NCBI GenBank assembly: GCA_034658935.1
Contig: JAYEGE010000008.1
Coordinates: forward strand, 68,678-132,677
Direction of reading: 5' to 3'
Source of the DNA: Patescibacteria group bacterium
GTDB lineage: Bacteria; Patescibacteriota; Minisyncoccia; Phycocordibacterales; JACOZG01
DNA: 64,000 nt
The notes under the pieces are model-generated. The model saw only the letters and a program-made list of their open reading frames with translations, searched no databases and had not been told where the DNA came from. Positions 9,525 to 16,876 of this stretch are shown one piece after another. Both the position numbers and the translations under genes were made by a program. Every line of letters starts with the position of its first letter. Position 1 is the stretch's first letter.

Positions 9525-9666
9525 GAAGATAAGATGTCGTCGACTTTGTGTGACCCTGCGCCCCGCCGTAGCAAAGATCCAAATAAATTCTACAAACTAT
9601 CTCACCCCGACCCAATTATGGGTCAGTCGCCGCTGCAGATACCTCAGAGTTCTGCAGCGGCTTTTT
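9525..9666 (+). ncRNA. putative small RNA, copy B
   Basis: TAGATA-16-TAGACT promoter-like motif (9493-9520), 5' and 3' similarity to copy A, terminator GCCGCTGCAGA/TCTGCAGCGGC-TTTTT. Confidence 0.4.
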
Positions 9667-9702
9667 CATTTTCTTAGGTCTAACTGTTATAATAACTCTA
9701 CG

Positions 9703-9849
9703 ATGTCTAAATTTCTCTTAGGACTCTTTCTCTTCATTGTCGGTTTAGGACTACTCGCTGCTCTTTATCGGACTAGCTCTGGCTCAGCCACTCTAGCCTT
9801 CGCACTATTGGCTGGCGGGGCAGTCTATGTCTTTTTATTAAGGGGCTAA
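9703..9849 (+). CDS. small membrane protein (48 aa)
   Basis: ATG at 9703 just after TATAAT; two hydrophobic helices. Confidence 0.55.
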   Translation: MSKFLLGLFLFIVGLGLLAALYRTSSGSATLAFALLAGGAVYVFLLRG

Positions 9850-9891
9850 GAGCTATTGCCCTTAGGGGAGAAATGTATTAGTCTATAACCC

Positions 9892-10050
9892 ATGTCTCAG
9901 GATCACCTGATTAGATTAGCTTGCTCCAAATGTAAGCGAATAAATTATTGGAGCCGGAAAAATCGCAAACAAGTCGAGCGCAAAATTGAGCTGGCTAAGT
10001 TTTGTAAGTGGTGTAAGAAACGGACAGCTCATAAGGAATCGAAGAAGTAA
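9892..10050 (+). CDS. rpmG: 50S ribosomal protein L33
   Basis: Translated by hand (below ORF-track cutoff): MSQDHLIRLACSKCKRINYWSRKNRKQVERKIELAKFCKWCKKRTAHKESKK, two CxxC pairs; followed by tRNA-Trp. Confidence 0.93.
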   Translation: MSQDHLIRLACSKCKRINYWSRKNRKQVERKIELAKFCKWCKKRTAHKESKK

Positions 10051-10054
10051 GAAG

Positions 10055-10125
10055 GGGTCCATAGTTCAATGGTAGAATAACGGTCTCCAAAACCGTCGAT
10101 CGAGGTTCGAATCCTCGTGGACCCG
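10055..10125 (+). tRNA. tRNA-Trp(CCA)
   Basis: Acceptor GGGTCCA/TGGACCC, anticodon arm ACGGT-CTCCAAA-ACCGT. Confidence 0.95.
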
Positions 10126-10176
10126 CCCGCAGTGCCGTAGCGCAGCGAGGTGGGCGGGCTTGTCCTCATTATCTGT

Positions 10177-11031
10177 ATGCCTAATAACAACTCAAATAAC
10201 GATAGCCAACAAAACGCGGCAGTTGGTTCTGACGGTGTGCCTTTAACCAAGAAGGAGCGTCGCCGCTTGAAGCGCGAGAAGAAACGCCATGAGAAGGTGG
10301 TGGAGGTACGTCGAGTCAAGCGAGGTCGTTGGGGTTGGTGGTTGCTCATCATCATCATTATCGCCGCCGCTGTTTTTGGTATTTACAAACTCACCGCCAA
10401 CAGCGGTCCGAGTGGGAACGGCGGGGGGCTAGTGGGCCCTGTTACTGGTGCCGATTGGCGACGTGGGCCGGAAGATGCCTCGGTGGTCTTGGTTGAGTTC
10501 AGTGATTTCCAATGTCCAGCTTGTGCCTTCTATGCCCCCTGGACTAAACAATTAACCGAAGACTTTCCCGAAGATTTGGCCGTTGTTTATCGGCATTTTC
10601 CTTTAAGTAGTATCTATATAAATGCTGAGTGGGCCGCTCGTGCCACTGAGGCCGCTGGCCTCCAGGATAGTTTTTGGGAGATGCATGACCTCCTATTTGA
10701 TCGTCAGGGAGACTGGGCGGAACGCTTAGATGCTAAAAATCTCTTTATTGAATATGCCGCCAGTCTTCTTGGCTTAAATGCTACCAAGTTTAAGCAGGAT
10801 ATGAATAATAATGAGGCGAAGCGCTTAGTTCTGGCGGACCGCCAGAGTGGCGTACAGTCTGGTGTCCGGGGCACCCCCACTTTCTTCCTTAATGGGGTTC
10901 TTCTCGATACTCCTCCAAGCTATGACGACTTTGCTGACTTGATCAGAGCTGAATTCGGAGTAGTGCTCCCGACGCAAACAGAAGATTCGAGCGGCGGCGA
11001 TGAGTCTAGTGACAATGCTGGCGATCAATAA
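10177..11031 (+). CDS. DsbA-family thiol-disulfide oxidoreductase
   Basis: TM anchor, EFSDFQCPAC, YRHFPL, GTPTFFLNG. Confidence 0.9.
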   Translation: MPNNNSNNDSQQNAAVGSDGVPLTKKERRRLKREKKRHEKVVEVRRVKRGRWGWWLLIIIIIAAAVFGIYKLTANSGPSGNGGGLVGPVTGADWRRGPEDASVVLVEFSDFQCPACAFYAPWTKQLTEDFPEDLAVVYRHFPLSSIYINAEWAARATEAAGLQDSFWEMHDLLFDRQGDWAERLDAKNLFIEYAASLLGLNATKFKQDMNNNEAKRLVLADRQSGVQSGVRGTPTFFLNGVLLDTPPSYDDFADLIRAEFGVVLPTQTEDSSGGDESSDNAGDQ

Positions 11032-11482
11032 AAAATTAATCTGGTTTTTCATCATCGTTAGTTTTATTGGCTTCGCCGATGCTACTTATCTGACGATTGG
11101 CTATTACCAGGGTGTTGTCCCGCCTTGCTTGGCTGAAGGTTGCGATACCGTGACCACTAGCGAATATGCCACTCTCGGTGGTATTTCAGTGGCATTAATG
11201 GGCGCAGTCTATTACCTGCTGGTTTGCTTGGCCGCCCTTCTTTACTTGATTGAAGATTGGCAGCCGGGGCGGTCTATTTTGCGCGTTCTCCCGGTTCTCG
11301 GCTTTGTTGGCTCGCTCTATTTTCTCTATCTCCAGGGTTTTGTAATTGGCGCTTGGTGTCAGTATTGTATTGTTTCCGCCGTGATCTCCACGTTTTTATT
11401 TGTGGCATCATTTTGGCTACTTGCCCCGAGGAACTCGAGGGGTGCTCGTCTCTCATCCACTGGATCTGAGAGTCCCTCTTAA
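11015..11482 (+). CDS. vitamin K epoxide reductase (VKOR) family protein
   Basis: C..GCD.V..S.Y loop, IGAWCQYC CxxC, TM helices; adjacent to DsbA; start uncertain (11000 or 11015). Confidence 0.88.
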   Translation: MLAINKKLIWFFIIVSFIGFADATYLTIGYYQGVVPPCLAEGCDTVTTSEYATLGGISVALMGAVYYLLVCLAALLYLIEDWQPGRSILRVLPVLGFVGSLYFLYLQGFVIGAWCQYCIVSAVISTFLFVASFWLLAPRNSRGARLSSTGSESPS

Positions 11483-12338
11483 ACCAAGTCATTTGGCGTT
11501 TGGCATATTGCCAATTAGTGATTTCTAGCTTTCGCAACAAGCTAATTTTCTCGCGTTGGGAATTATTTTGTTGCTTCCGCAAGAAGTCTGCAACGTAACG
11601 ATATTCTAAACCGAAATCATCTAATCTCTGCCAGGAGATTTTTTGTTTAGCGTGCAAGTTTTTCACCTCAGTGGTCAGGCCCCGCCTTAGTCTCTGTTGC
11701 AGTCGTTTGTTTATTTTCTCTTGCAAAATTTGCTTGCCTGGATTGAGGCCAATCCAGAAGGTGTCAAAGATTTGCCCCCCCAAGGACTCTCCTTCTGCAG
11801 AAGGAGAGTCCTTGGGGGGATTGGACGTTCTTGTCGCACTGGCAATCTCAATAGCCCTAATAAGACGACGAGGGTTATGTTTGTCGATATTCTTCACCCG
11901 AGCAGGATCAAGGACCTGGAGTTTTTTAAACAATTTAGTCGCTCGCCATCTCTCTAGTTCTTTTCTCAGTTCCAAATTAGGTGGTATTGCCGGCAAAGAT
12001 AGCTCGTTTAGTGCTGCCTGGATATATAACCCAGTGCCGCCGCAGATAATGGGCAGGTGGCCGCGCTCGGTAATTTCTCGGATTTTTTTCTGTGCCAGCT
12101 TTTTATATTTAGCCACGGTGAATTGCCCTCGCGGACTGGCGATATCAAGTAGGTGATGGGGGACGCCTTTCATTTCCTGTTTAGTGATCTTGCCACTGCC
12201 TATATCTAGGCCACGATAAACCTGGCGAGAATCAGCTGAGATCACCTCGCCATCAAGTTCCTTTGCCAACTCTACTGCCAGACCACTCTTGCCTGAGGAA
12301 GTTGGGCCAACTATTACTAAGACTTTTTGTCTGTCCAT
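11274..12338 (-). CDS. miaA: tRNA dimethylallyltransferase
   Basis: GPTSSGKS, SADSRQVYRGLDIGSGK, PHHLLD, GGTGLY, YAKRQMTWF. Confidence 0.95.
   Translation of the reverse strand: MDRQKVLVIVGPTSSGKSGLAVELAKELDGEVISADSRQVYRGLDIGSGKITKQEMKGVPHHLLDIASPRGQFTVAKYKKLAQKKIREITERGHLPIICGGTGLYIQAALNELSLPAIPPNLELRKELERWRATKLFKKLQVLDPARVKNIDKHNPRRLIRAIEIASATRTSNPPKDSPSAEGESLGGQIFDTFWIGLNPGKQILQEKINKRLQQRLRRGLTTEVKNLHAKQKISWQRLDDFGLEYRYVADFLRKQQNNSQREKISLLRKLEITNWQYAKRQMTWFKRDSQIQWMRDEHPSSSSGQVAKMMPQIKTWRSRRKQYNTDTKRQLQNPGDRENRASQQSREPGERAK
11776..11819. repeat. 44-bp perfect palindrome in-frame within miaA
   Basis: CCCCCCAAGGACTCTCCTTCTG|CAGAAGGAGAGTCCTTGGGGGG; reads PPKDSPSAEGESLGG on both strands. Confidence 0.9.
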
Positions 12339-12341
12339 TCA

Positions 12342-12413
12342 TGCTCTCGGCAGGAATCGAACCTGCATCACGAGCTCCGGAGGCCCGCGTTCTATCCGTT
12401 GAACTACGAGAGC
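12342..12413 (-). tRNA. tRNA-Arg(CCG)
   Basis: Acceptor GCTCTCG/CGAGAGC, anticodon arm CGGGC-CTCCGGA-GCTCG. Confidence 0.93.
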
Positions 12414-12579
12414 AAGTCAACCACCCACATATGGAGTCTACCATTGAATCCCGACGTTCGCTTCGCTTCAGTCGGGACCCCGACCCCCATGCAAGGGCGT
12501 CGGGGCTACGAGAGCTTTTGTTGGTTTAGCCTATCAATTTTTTGCCTTTTTGCCCATTTTGGCCTAGAATTTCTTTTGA

Positions 12580-12661
12580 GCCGGGATGGCGGAATTGGTA
12601 GACGCGCACGACTCAAAATCGTGTGGGGCAACCCATGGGAGTTCGATTCTCCCTCCCGGCA
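12580..12661 (+). tRNA. tRNA-Leu(CAA)
   Basis: Acceptor GCCGGGA/TCCCGGC, anticodon arm CACGA-CTCAAAA-TCGTG, long variable arm. Confidence 0.95.
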
Positions 12662-12709
12662 CTACGAAGTACACAGCACGCCCATCTGTTTATGTGTTAA
12701 AATAGTCCT

Positions 12710-13672
12710 ATGTCAGAAAGTCGTGCTAACGCTGTTTTTTGGATCGAAGTTGATAAGATTCGACCCAACCCCTTCCAACCTCGGAAGGAATTTGACGAGG
12801 ACAAGATCCAGACGCTGGCCGATTCTATTCGCCAATATGGTATTCTCCAGCCTCTAGTTGTGACCCGCCAGGAAGTGTCTCGAGAAGATGGTGGTATTGG
12901 AGTGGAATACGAGCTAATCGCTGGCGAACGTCGTTGGCGTGCCTCTCAGGTCGCTGGGATTTCTCAGGTACCAGCGGTGATTCGTGATAGTGAAGAAAGC
13001 GACAAGCTTAAATTGGAGATGGCGATTATCGAGAATCTTCAACGTGAAGATTTAAATCCAGTAGACCGAGCTCACGCTTTTCAACAATTAACTGAGCAAT
13101 TTGGCCTGAAGCATCATGAAGTGGGTAAGCGGGTAGGTAGGAGCCGTGAATATGTTTCTAATACTATCCGCATTGCCGCCCTTCCAGAAGAAATGCTCCA
13201 GGCCCTGGTGGAGGGGAAGATTAATGAAGGGCATACCAGGCCACTCTTGATGTTAAACGATAGACCCGAGCAACAACTGACCTTCTTCCAAGAGCTCTTA
13301 GTCAAGAAGATGACTGTTCGTGAAGCTGAGTCTATTGCTCGCCGTATTGCTTACGACAAGGTCCGAAAAAAAGACCATCTCATTGACCCACAAATTGTTG
13401 AGATTGAACAGCAATTAACCGAGCAATTGGGAACTCGTGTTCGGGTAGAGCGCAAGGATGTCGGCGGTAAGGTGCTAATAGATTTTTTCTCTCCCGATGA
13501 TCTAAGTGCTATCCTGAATCTACTCTCGGCCAGACAGCAAGTTACCAATCCGGCTCTGGAGCAAGCGGGGTTGGAAGAGTCAGTCGGCGAGGGTGAGGCA
13601 GTTGCCGAGGGGGCCAGCCAACCTGAAGAGGGAGAAGAAGGTCTTTACGATCTCAAAAATTTTTCTATCTAA
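12710..13672 (+). CDS. parB: ParB/Spo0J partition protein
   Basis: PNPFQPRK, GILQPLVV, IAGERRWRA, IENLQREDL, HTH. Confidence 0.93.
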   Translation: MSESRANAVFWIEVDKIRPNPFQPRKEFDEDKIQTLADSIRQYGILQPLVVTRQEVSREDGGIGVEYELIAGERRWRASQVAGISQVPAVIRDSEESDKLKLEMAIIENLQREDLNPVDRAHAFQQLTEQFGLKHHEVGKRVGRSREYVSNTIRIAALPEEMLQALVEGKINEGHTRPLLMLNDRPEQQLTFFQELLVKKMTVREAESIARRIAYDKVRKKDHLIDPQIVEIEQQLTEQLGTRVRVERKDVGGKVLIDFFSPDDLSAILNLLSARQQVTNPALEQAGLEESVGEGEAVAEGASQPEEGEEGLYDLKNFSI

Positions 13673-13769
13673 TTATTTTCCCAGCTAGTATTGTGCTACC
13701 TTGCTTTAACTATTTAAGGTAACTATCCCATCTCGTTAAGTGGCTAAATGTAGTGGATGATTTTATACC

Positions 13770-13799
13770 TTGACATAAATAGCCTATTCATGATATACT
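13770..13799 (+). promoter_or_regulatory. sigma70-type promoter of the DGR target gene
   Basis: TTGACA (13770-75), 18-bp spacer, extended -10 TGa-TATACT (13791-99). Confidence 0.7.
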
Positions 13800-13940
13800 T
13801 CACGCAGTTCTTTCAAATAGGCTTAGAATCTTGAGACTAGCTTTTTGTAGCTCATATCGGGCTCCAAAGAGCCAGTCTCAAGACGAGACAGTCGCTTACC
13901 CACAGCGTTTGTGGGTGATTTAACAAAGGGAGGTATAACG

Positions 13941-14756
13941 ATGACGATTCGATCGATCACGCCCAACCGAACCCAGAGGCAAGAGAAACAGTACAAGCGA
14001 TTCGTCGGGGATGCGGGTGACCGCGGACTCGTCGAGGTGGATCCTGACAAGGACGCTATTCAACGGCTCATTAGTCGTGGCGGCGAGTTCCAGGGCCACC
14101 TGATCGCAGGCATTCGCCGGTTCTCGGCCGAGCAGACCGACTACACGCACGCGCAGTCTATCCTCGGTACGGACTTTATCATTCCCGAGGAGGTCATGGA
14201 AGCTCGTTCCGGCATCACCTACGCCGGCAGGCATCTGGCCTTCCTGGCGGAGACGATGCCGAGCGAGGAGAATCTGCGGTGGTGCAAGGACAACGGCTAC
14301 GCCGTCATGCCGGCACCGCCTAAGCCGATTGCACTTTTGCCCGTCCGTGCCCTCAAGCCTGCCAACTTCTATCTGAAGACCGGTGGATGGTATGCGGATG
14401 AAAGTGAGAAGTTTGCCTCAAGCGACAAGACCCGTCGGGGATGGCTCGCGGTTCGCAAGACCCTGGTGCCGAACTCGACCTCAAAGACTTGGGACGAACA
14501 AAACGAGCTCCTCTCGAGTGTCGAGGAGGTACCGAATGCGGCCGAGATGGCGTGGTTTATCACCACCTACTTCGACGTCCGTGGCATTCGTCTTTTCGAG
14601 GACATCTGGGTTCGTACTTCTAGCGTCGACTCGGACGGTAACCATGTCGACGTCGGCCATTTCGGCCAGGACGGTCTCCACGTCGGCGACGATTGGGATG
14701 ACGGGCGCAGTGGCAACGTCGGTGTGTCCTCTGCTCGGAAGTTTTCTGAGCCTTGA
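13941..14756 (+). CDS. DGR target protein with C-terminal variable (CLec-like) region
   Basis: GGAGGT RBS before ATG 13941; C-terminus WVRTSS...GNVGVSSARKF is encoded by the VR; fold assignment is inferred. Confidence 0.9.
   Translation: MTIRSITPNRTQRQEKQYKRFVGDAGDRGLVEVDPDKDAIQRLISRGGEFQGHLIAGIRRFSAEQTDYTHAQSILGTDFIIPEEVMEARSGITYAGRHLAFLAETMPSEENLRWCKDNGYAVMPAPPKPIALLPVRALKPANFYLKTGGWYADESEKFASSDKTRRGWLAVRKTLVPNSTSKTWDEQNELLSSVEEVPNAAEMAWFITTYFDVRGIRLFEDIWVRTSSVDSDGNHVDVGHFGQDGLHVGDDWDDGRSGNVGVSSARKFSEP
14620..14744 (+). repeat. DGR variable repeat (VR)
   Basis: Ungapped 125-bp match to 15213-15337 with 13 mismatches, 11 of them at TR adenines. Confidence 0.95.
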
Positions 14757-14757
14757 G

Positions 14758-14847
14758 CCGCCAGCTGGCGGTCTGGAGGGCTTGAGCCTCTTGGATTCTT
14801 GACCCGTCTGACGAACCTTGTCTAGCCCGTGCCGACGGCACGTCGGC
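14758..14847 (+). promoter_or_regulatory. hairpins downstream of VR (candidate DGR homing cis-elements)
   Basis: CCGCCAG|CTGGCGG (14758-71) and GCCGACG-GCA-CGTCGGC (14831-47). Confidence 0.55.
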
Positions 14848-15212
14848 CTAGGGAGCCTCCGCGCAAATTTTTCTACCAGGGATATTTGCCGGAGGCTCTT
14901 TTTATTTACCTACATATCACTTATAATACAGATATCTTGCTCATGAAGGCTAGATTACGGTTTAGTCTCGCGAGATGTCTCATCTTTGAGATCGCCAGAA
15001 TGTTTGCGTTTACGCCTGCCTGCTGGCAGGCAGGGATTCAAGCAGAGCGCGAAAAAGATAGGGATTTAACTTCTTGCTCGTTTCTAGCAGAGGTTTTTTG
15101 TCTTTAGGCAAGAGATGCTCTCGAATAAAATACAGGAAGGAGAGGACATAGGGATTGGGCTTTTGTCTACCCACAAACCTCGGCTTCTAGTGGCACAGAC
15201 GGAAACGGGCAA

Positions 15213-15337
15213 CTAGCGTCAACTCGGATGGTAACCATGTCAACGTCGGCAATTTCGACCAGGACGGTCTCAACGTCAACGACTATTGGGATGACAAGCG
15301 CAATGGCAACATCGGTGTGTCCTCTGCTCGGAAGTTT
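15213..15337 (+). repeat. DGR template repeat (TR)
   Basis: Non-coding copy of VR; read in the VR frame it has 8 AAY codons and no third-position adenine. Confidence 0.95.
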
Positions 15338-15369
15338 CTTCTCTACTATAAACGCCTCTTTCGGGGCGT

Positions 15370-15726
15370 TTAGTCTTTCTGTTGTTTGGAGGATTTAATC
15401 CAGCCACCAAGCATTCGTCCGATTTCATCCATAATTTCTTGGAGGGAGGTGTATTTCATGACATCGATGGATTTTGTGTCATGCGAGAGTCTGGCAAAGA
15501 TGCGAAGTAAGTTAAGCTTGATACTTACTTTATTCAAAACTGGCACCTTTTCAGTTCTAGGCATCGATGTTGCTTGTAGGATTCCCTCGATAATATCAAG
15601 CGAGGTATCTTCGCATCTCTGCCACAACGTATGTCTGTCTTGTTTAGGAACGGAAGCGCGGATATGATGTACAGTTTTATACAAATCATACACTTTTTTG
15701 AAAATCGGTATATCAAATTCATCCAT
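15370..15726 (-). CDS. avd: DGR accessory variability determinant (Avd-like four-helix bundle)
   Basis: 118 aa; IPIFKK.YDLYK, PK.DRHTL and EIGRMLGGW motifs; located between TR and RT. Confidence 0.88.
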   Translation of the reverse strand: MDEFDIPIFKKVYDLYKTVHHIRASVPKQDRHTLWQRCEDTSLDIIEGILQATSMPRTEKVPVLNKVSIKLNLLRIFARLSHDTKSIDVMKYTSLQEIMDEIGRMLGGWIKSSKQQKD

Positions 15727-16787
15727 GAGAACATTTGAACATATTTACAATCTGATAATTTCTCCCGAGAGCCTTTTCATTGCTTGGAAACGATTTAGCA
15801 GAGATAAACACAAAAAGAAAGATGTTCTGCAATTCGAGTGGAATTTGGAGCAAAACATTTTTGCATTGTGCCGAGAGCTGAAAAACAAAGTCTACCAGCA
15901 TGGACCATATACTGATTTTTACATTACTGACCCCAAACAACGACACATCCACAAGGCACTCGTTCGGGACAGGGTATTGCACCATTCGATTGTCCGCATA
16001 CTCACTCCGATCTTTGAACCAACATTTATCGCTAATTCTTTTTCTTGTCGAATTGGTAAAGGAACACACAAAGGAGTATTGATGGTGGAGAAAATGTTGC
16101 GCACGGTGAGTCGAAATAACACTAGAAGTTGCTACGTTCTTAAATGTGATATCAGGAGATTTTTTGACTCCATTGACCATAATATCCTGCTCAAAATGTT
16201 GGAGCAAAAAATTAAAGACCCAGCCGTGATGTGGCTCTTGGAAAGAATTGTCAGCAGTTACGAGAGAGAGGGAGAGAGAGAGGAAAAATTGCGCGGGGAA
16301 AGGGATACCCGTTGGCAATCTCACCTCCCAATTGTTTGCGAATATCTATATGAACAAGTTCGATCAGTTTGTAAAGCATGAATTGAGAACAAAATATTAC
16401 GCACGATATGCGGATGATTTCGTAATTATAGCAGATAATAGAGAAAAACTCGAGCGACTGGTGGTGCAAATCACAAACTTTCTTTCGGGCCAATTGGCGC
16501 TTTCGTTGCACCCGCATAAAGTTTCTATACAGGCATATACTTGCGGGGTAGATTTTCTGGGACAAATTATTTTTCCACATTACCGTCTACTTCGCGCCAA
16601 GACAAGAAAGAGAATCTTCAAGCAAATTAGACGTAAGGTTGAGCGATGCAACGATGGTTTAATTTCAGAGAAAACTTTGCACCATTCACTACAATCGTAT
16701 TTGGGCGTTCTCTCACATACCAATACATATGGGGATCTCAAGGAATTAAAAAATCAGGTTTGGTTTTGGTCCATAAAGGATAATTAG
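15725..16787 (+). pseudogene. DGR reverse transcriptase, frameshifted at a GA repeat
   Basis: 5' part (DPKQRHI, RDRVLHH, SFSCRIGKGTH, LKCDIRRFFDSIDH) in one frame; 3' part (GIPVGNLTSQLFAN, YARYADDF, GVDFLG) in the +1 frame; junction at 16262-16288. Confidence 0.9.
16262..16288 (+). repeat. simple sequence repeat (GA)4GG(GA)5GG(A)5 in RT
   Basis: Read directly from sequence; coincides with the frame change. Confidence 0.9.
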
Positions 16788-16876
16788 GGGGCCCTTGTTG
16801 TCTTAAATGAGCAAGTGGTGAGGGGTTTTGGTGCCTTCCCCTCCTTCGCTAAAGCTACGGTAGGACTGCGGCACTA

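Larger units (their letters stand above)
13770..16787 (+). mobile_element. diversity-generating retroelement (target-VR, TR, avd, RT)
   Basis: 125-bp VR/TR pair with adenine-specific mismatches, Avd-like four-helix protein and DGR-type RT, lying between the converging parB and topA genes. Confidence 0.95.

Noticed and set aside
14829-15107. 92-aa ORF between VR and TR
   Set aside because: GTG start inside a hairpin, no RBS, runs through palindromic repeats; probably spurious.
15213-15337. TR as a truncated paralog or pseudogene of the target
   Set aside because: Mismatches are strongly adenine-specific and the similarity has sharp boundaries, which is the DGR signature.
15725-16787. Group II intron or retron interpretation of the RT
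   Set aside because: The RT is short, has the GxxxSQ motif and no maturase/endonuclease extension, and is accompanied by a TR/VR pair and Avd.
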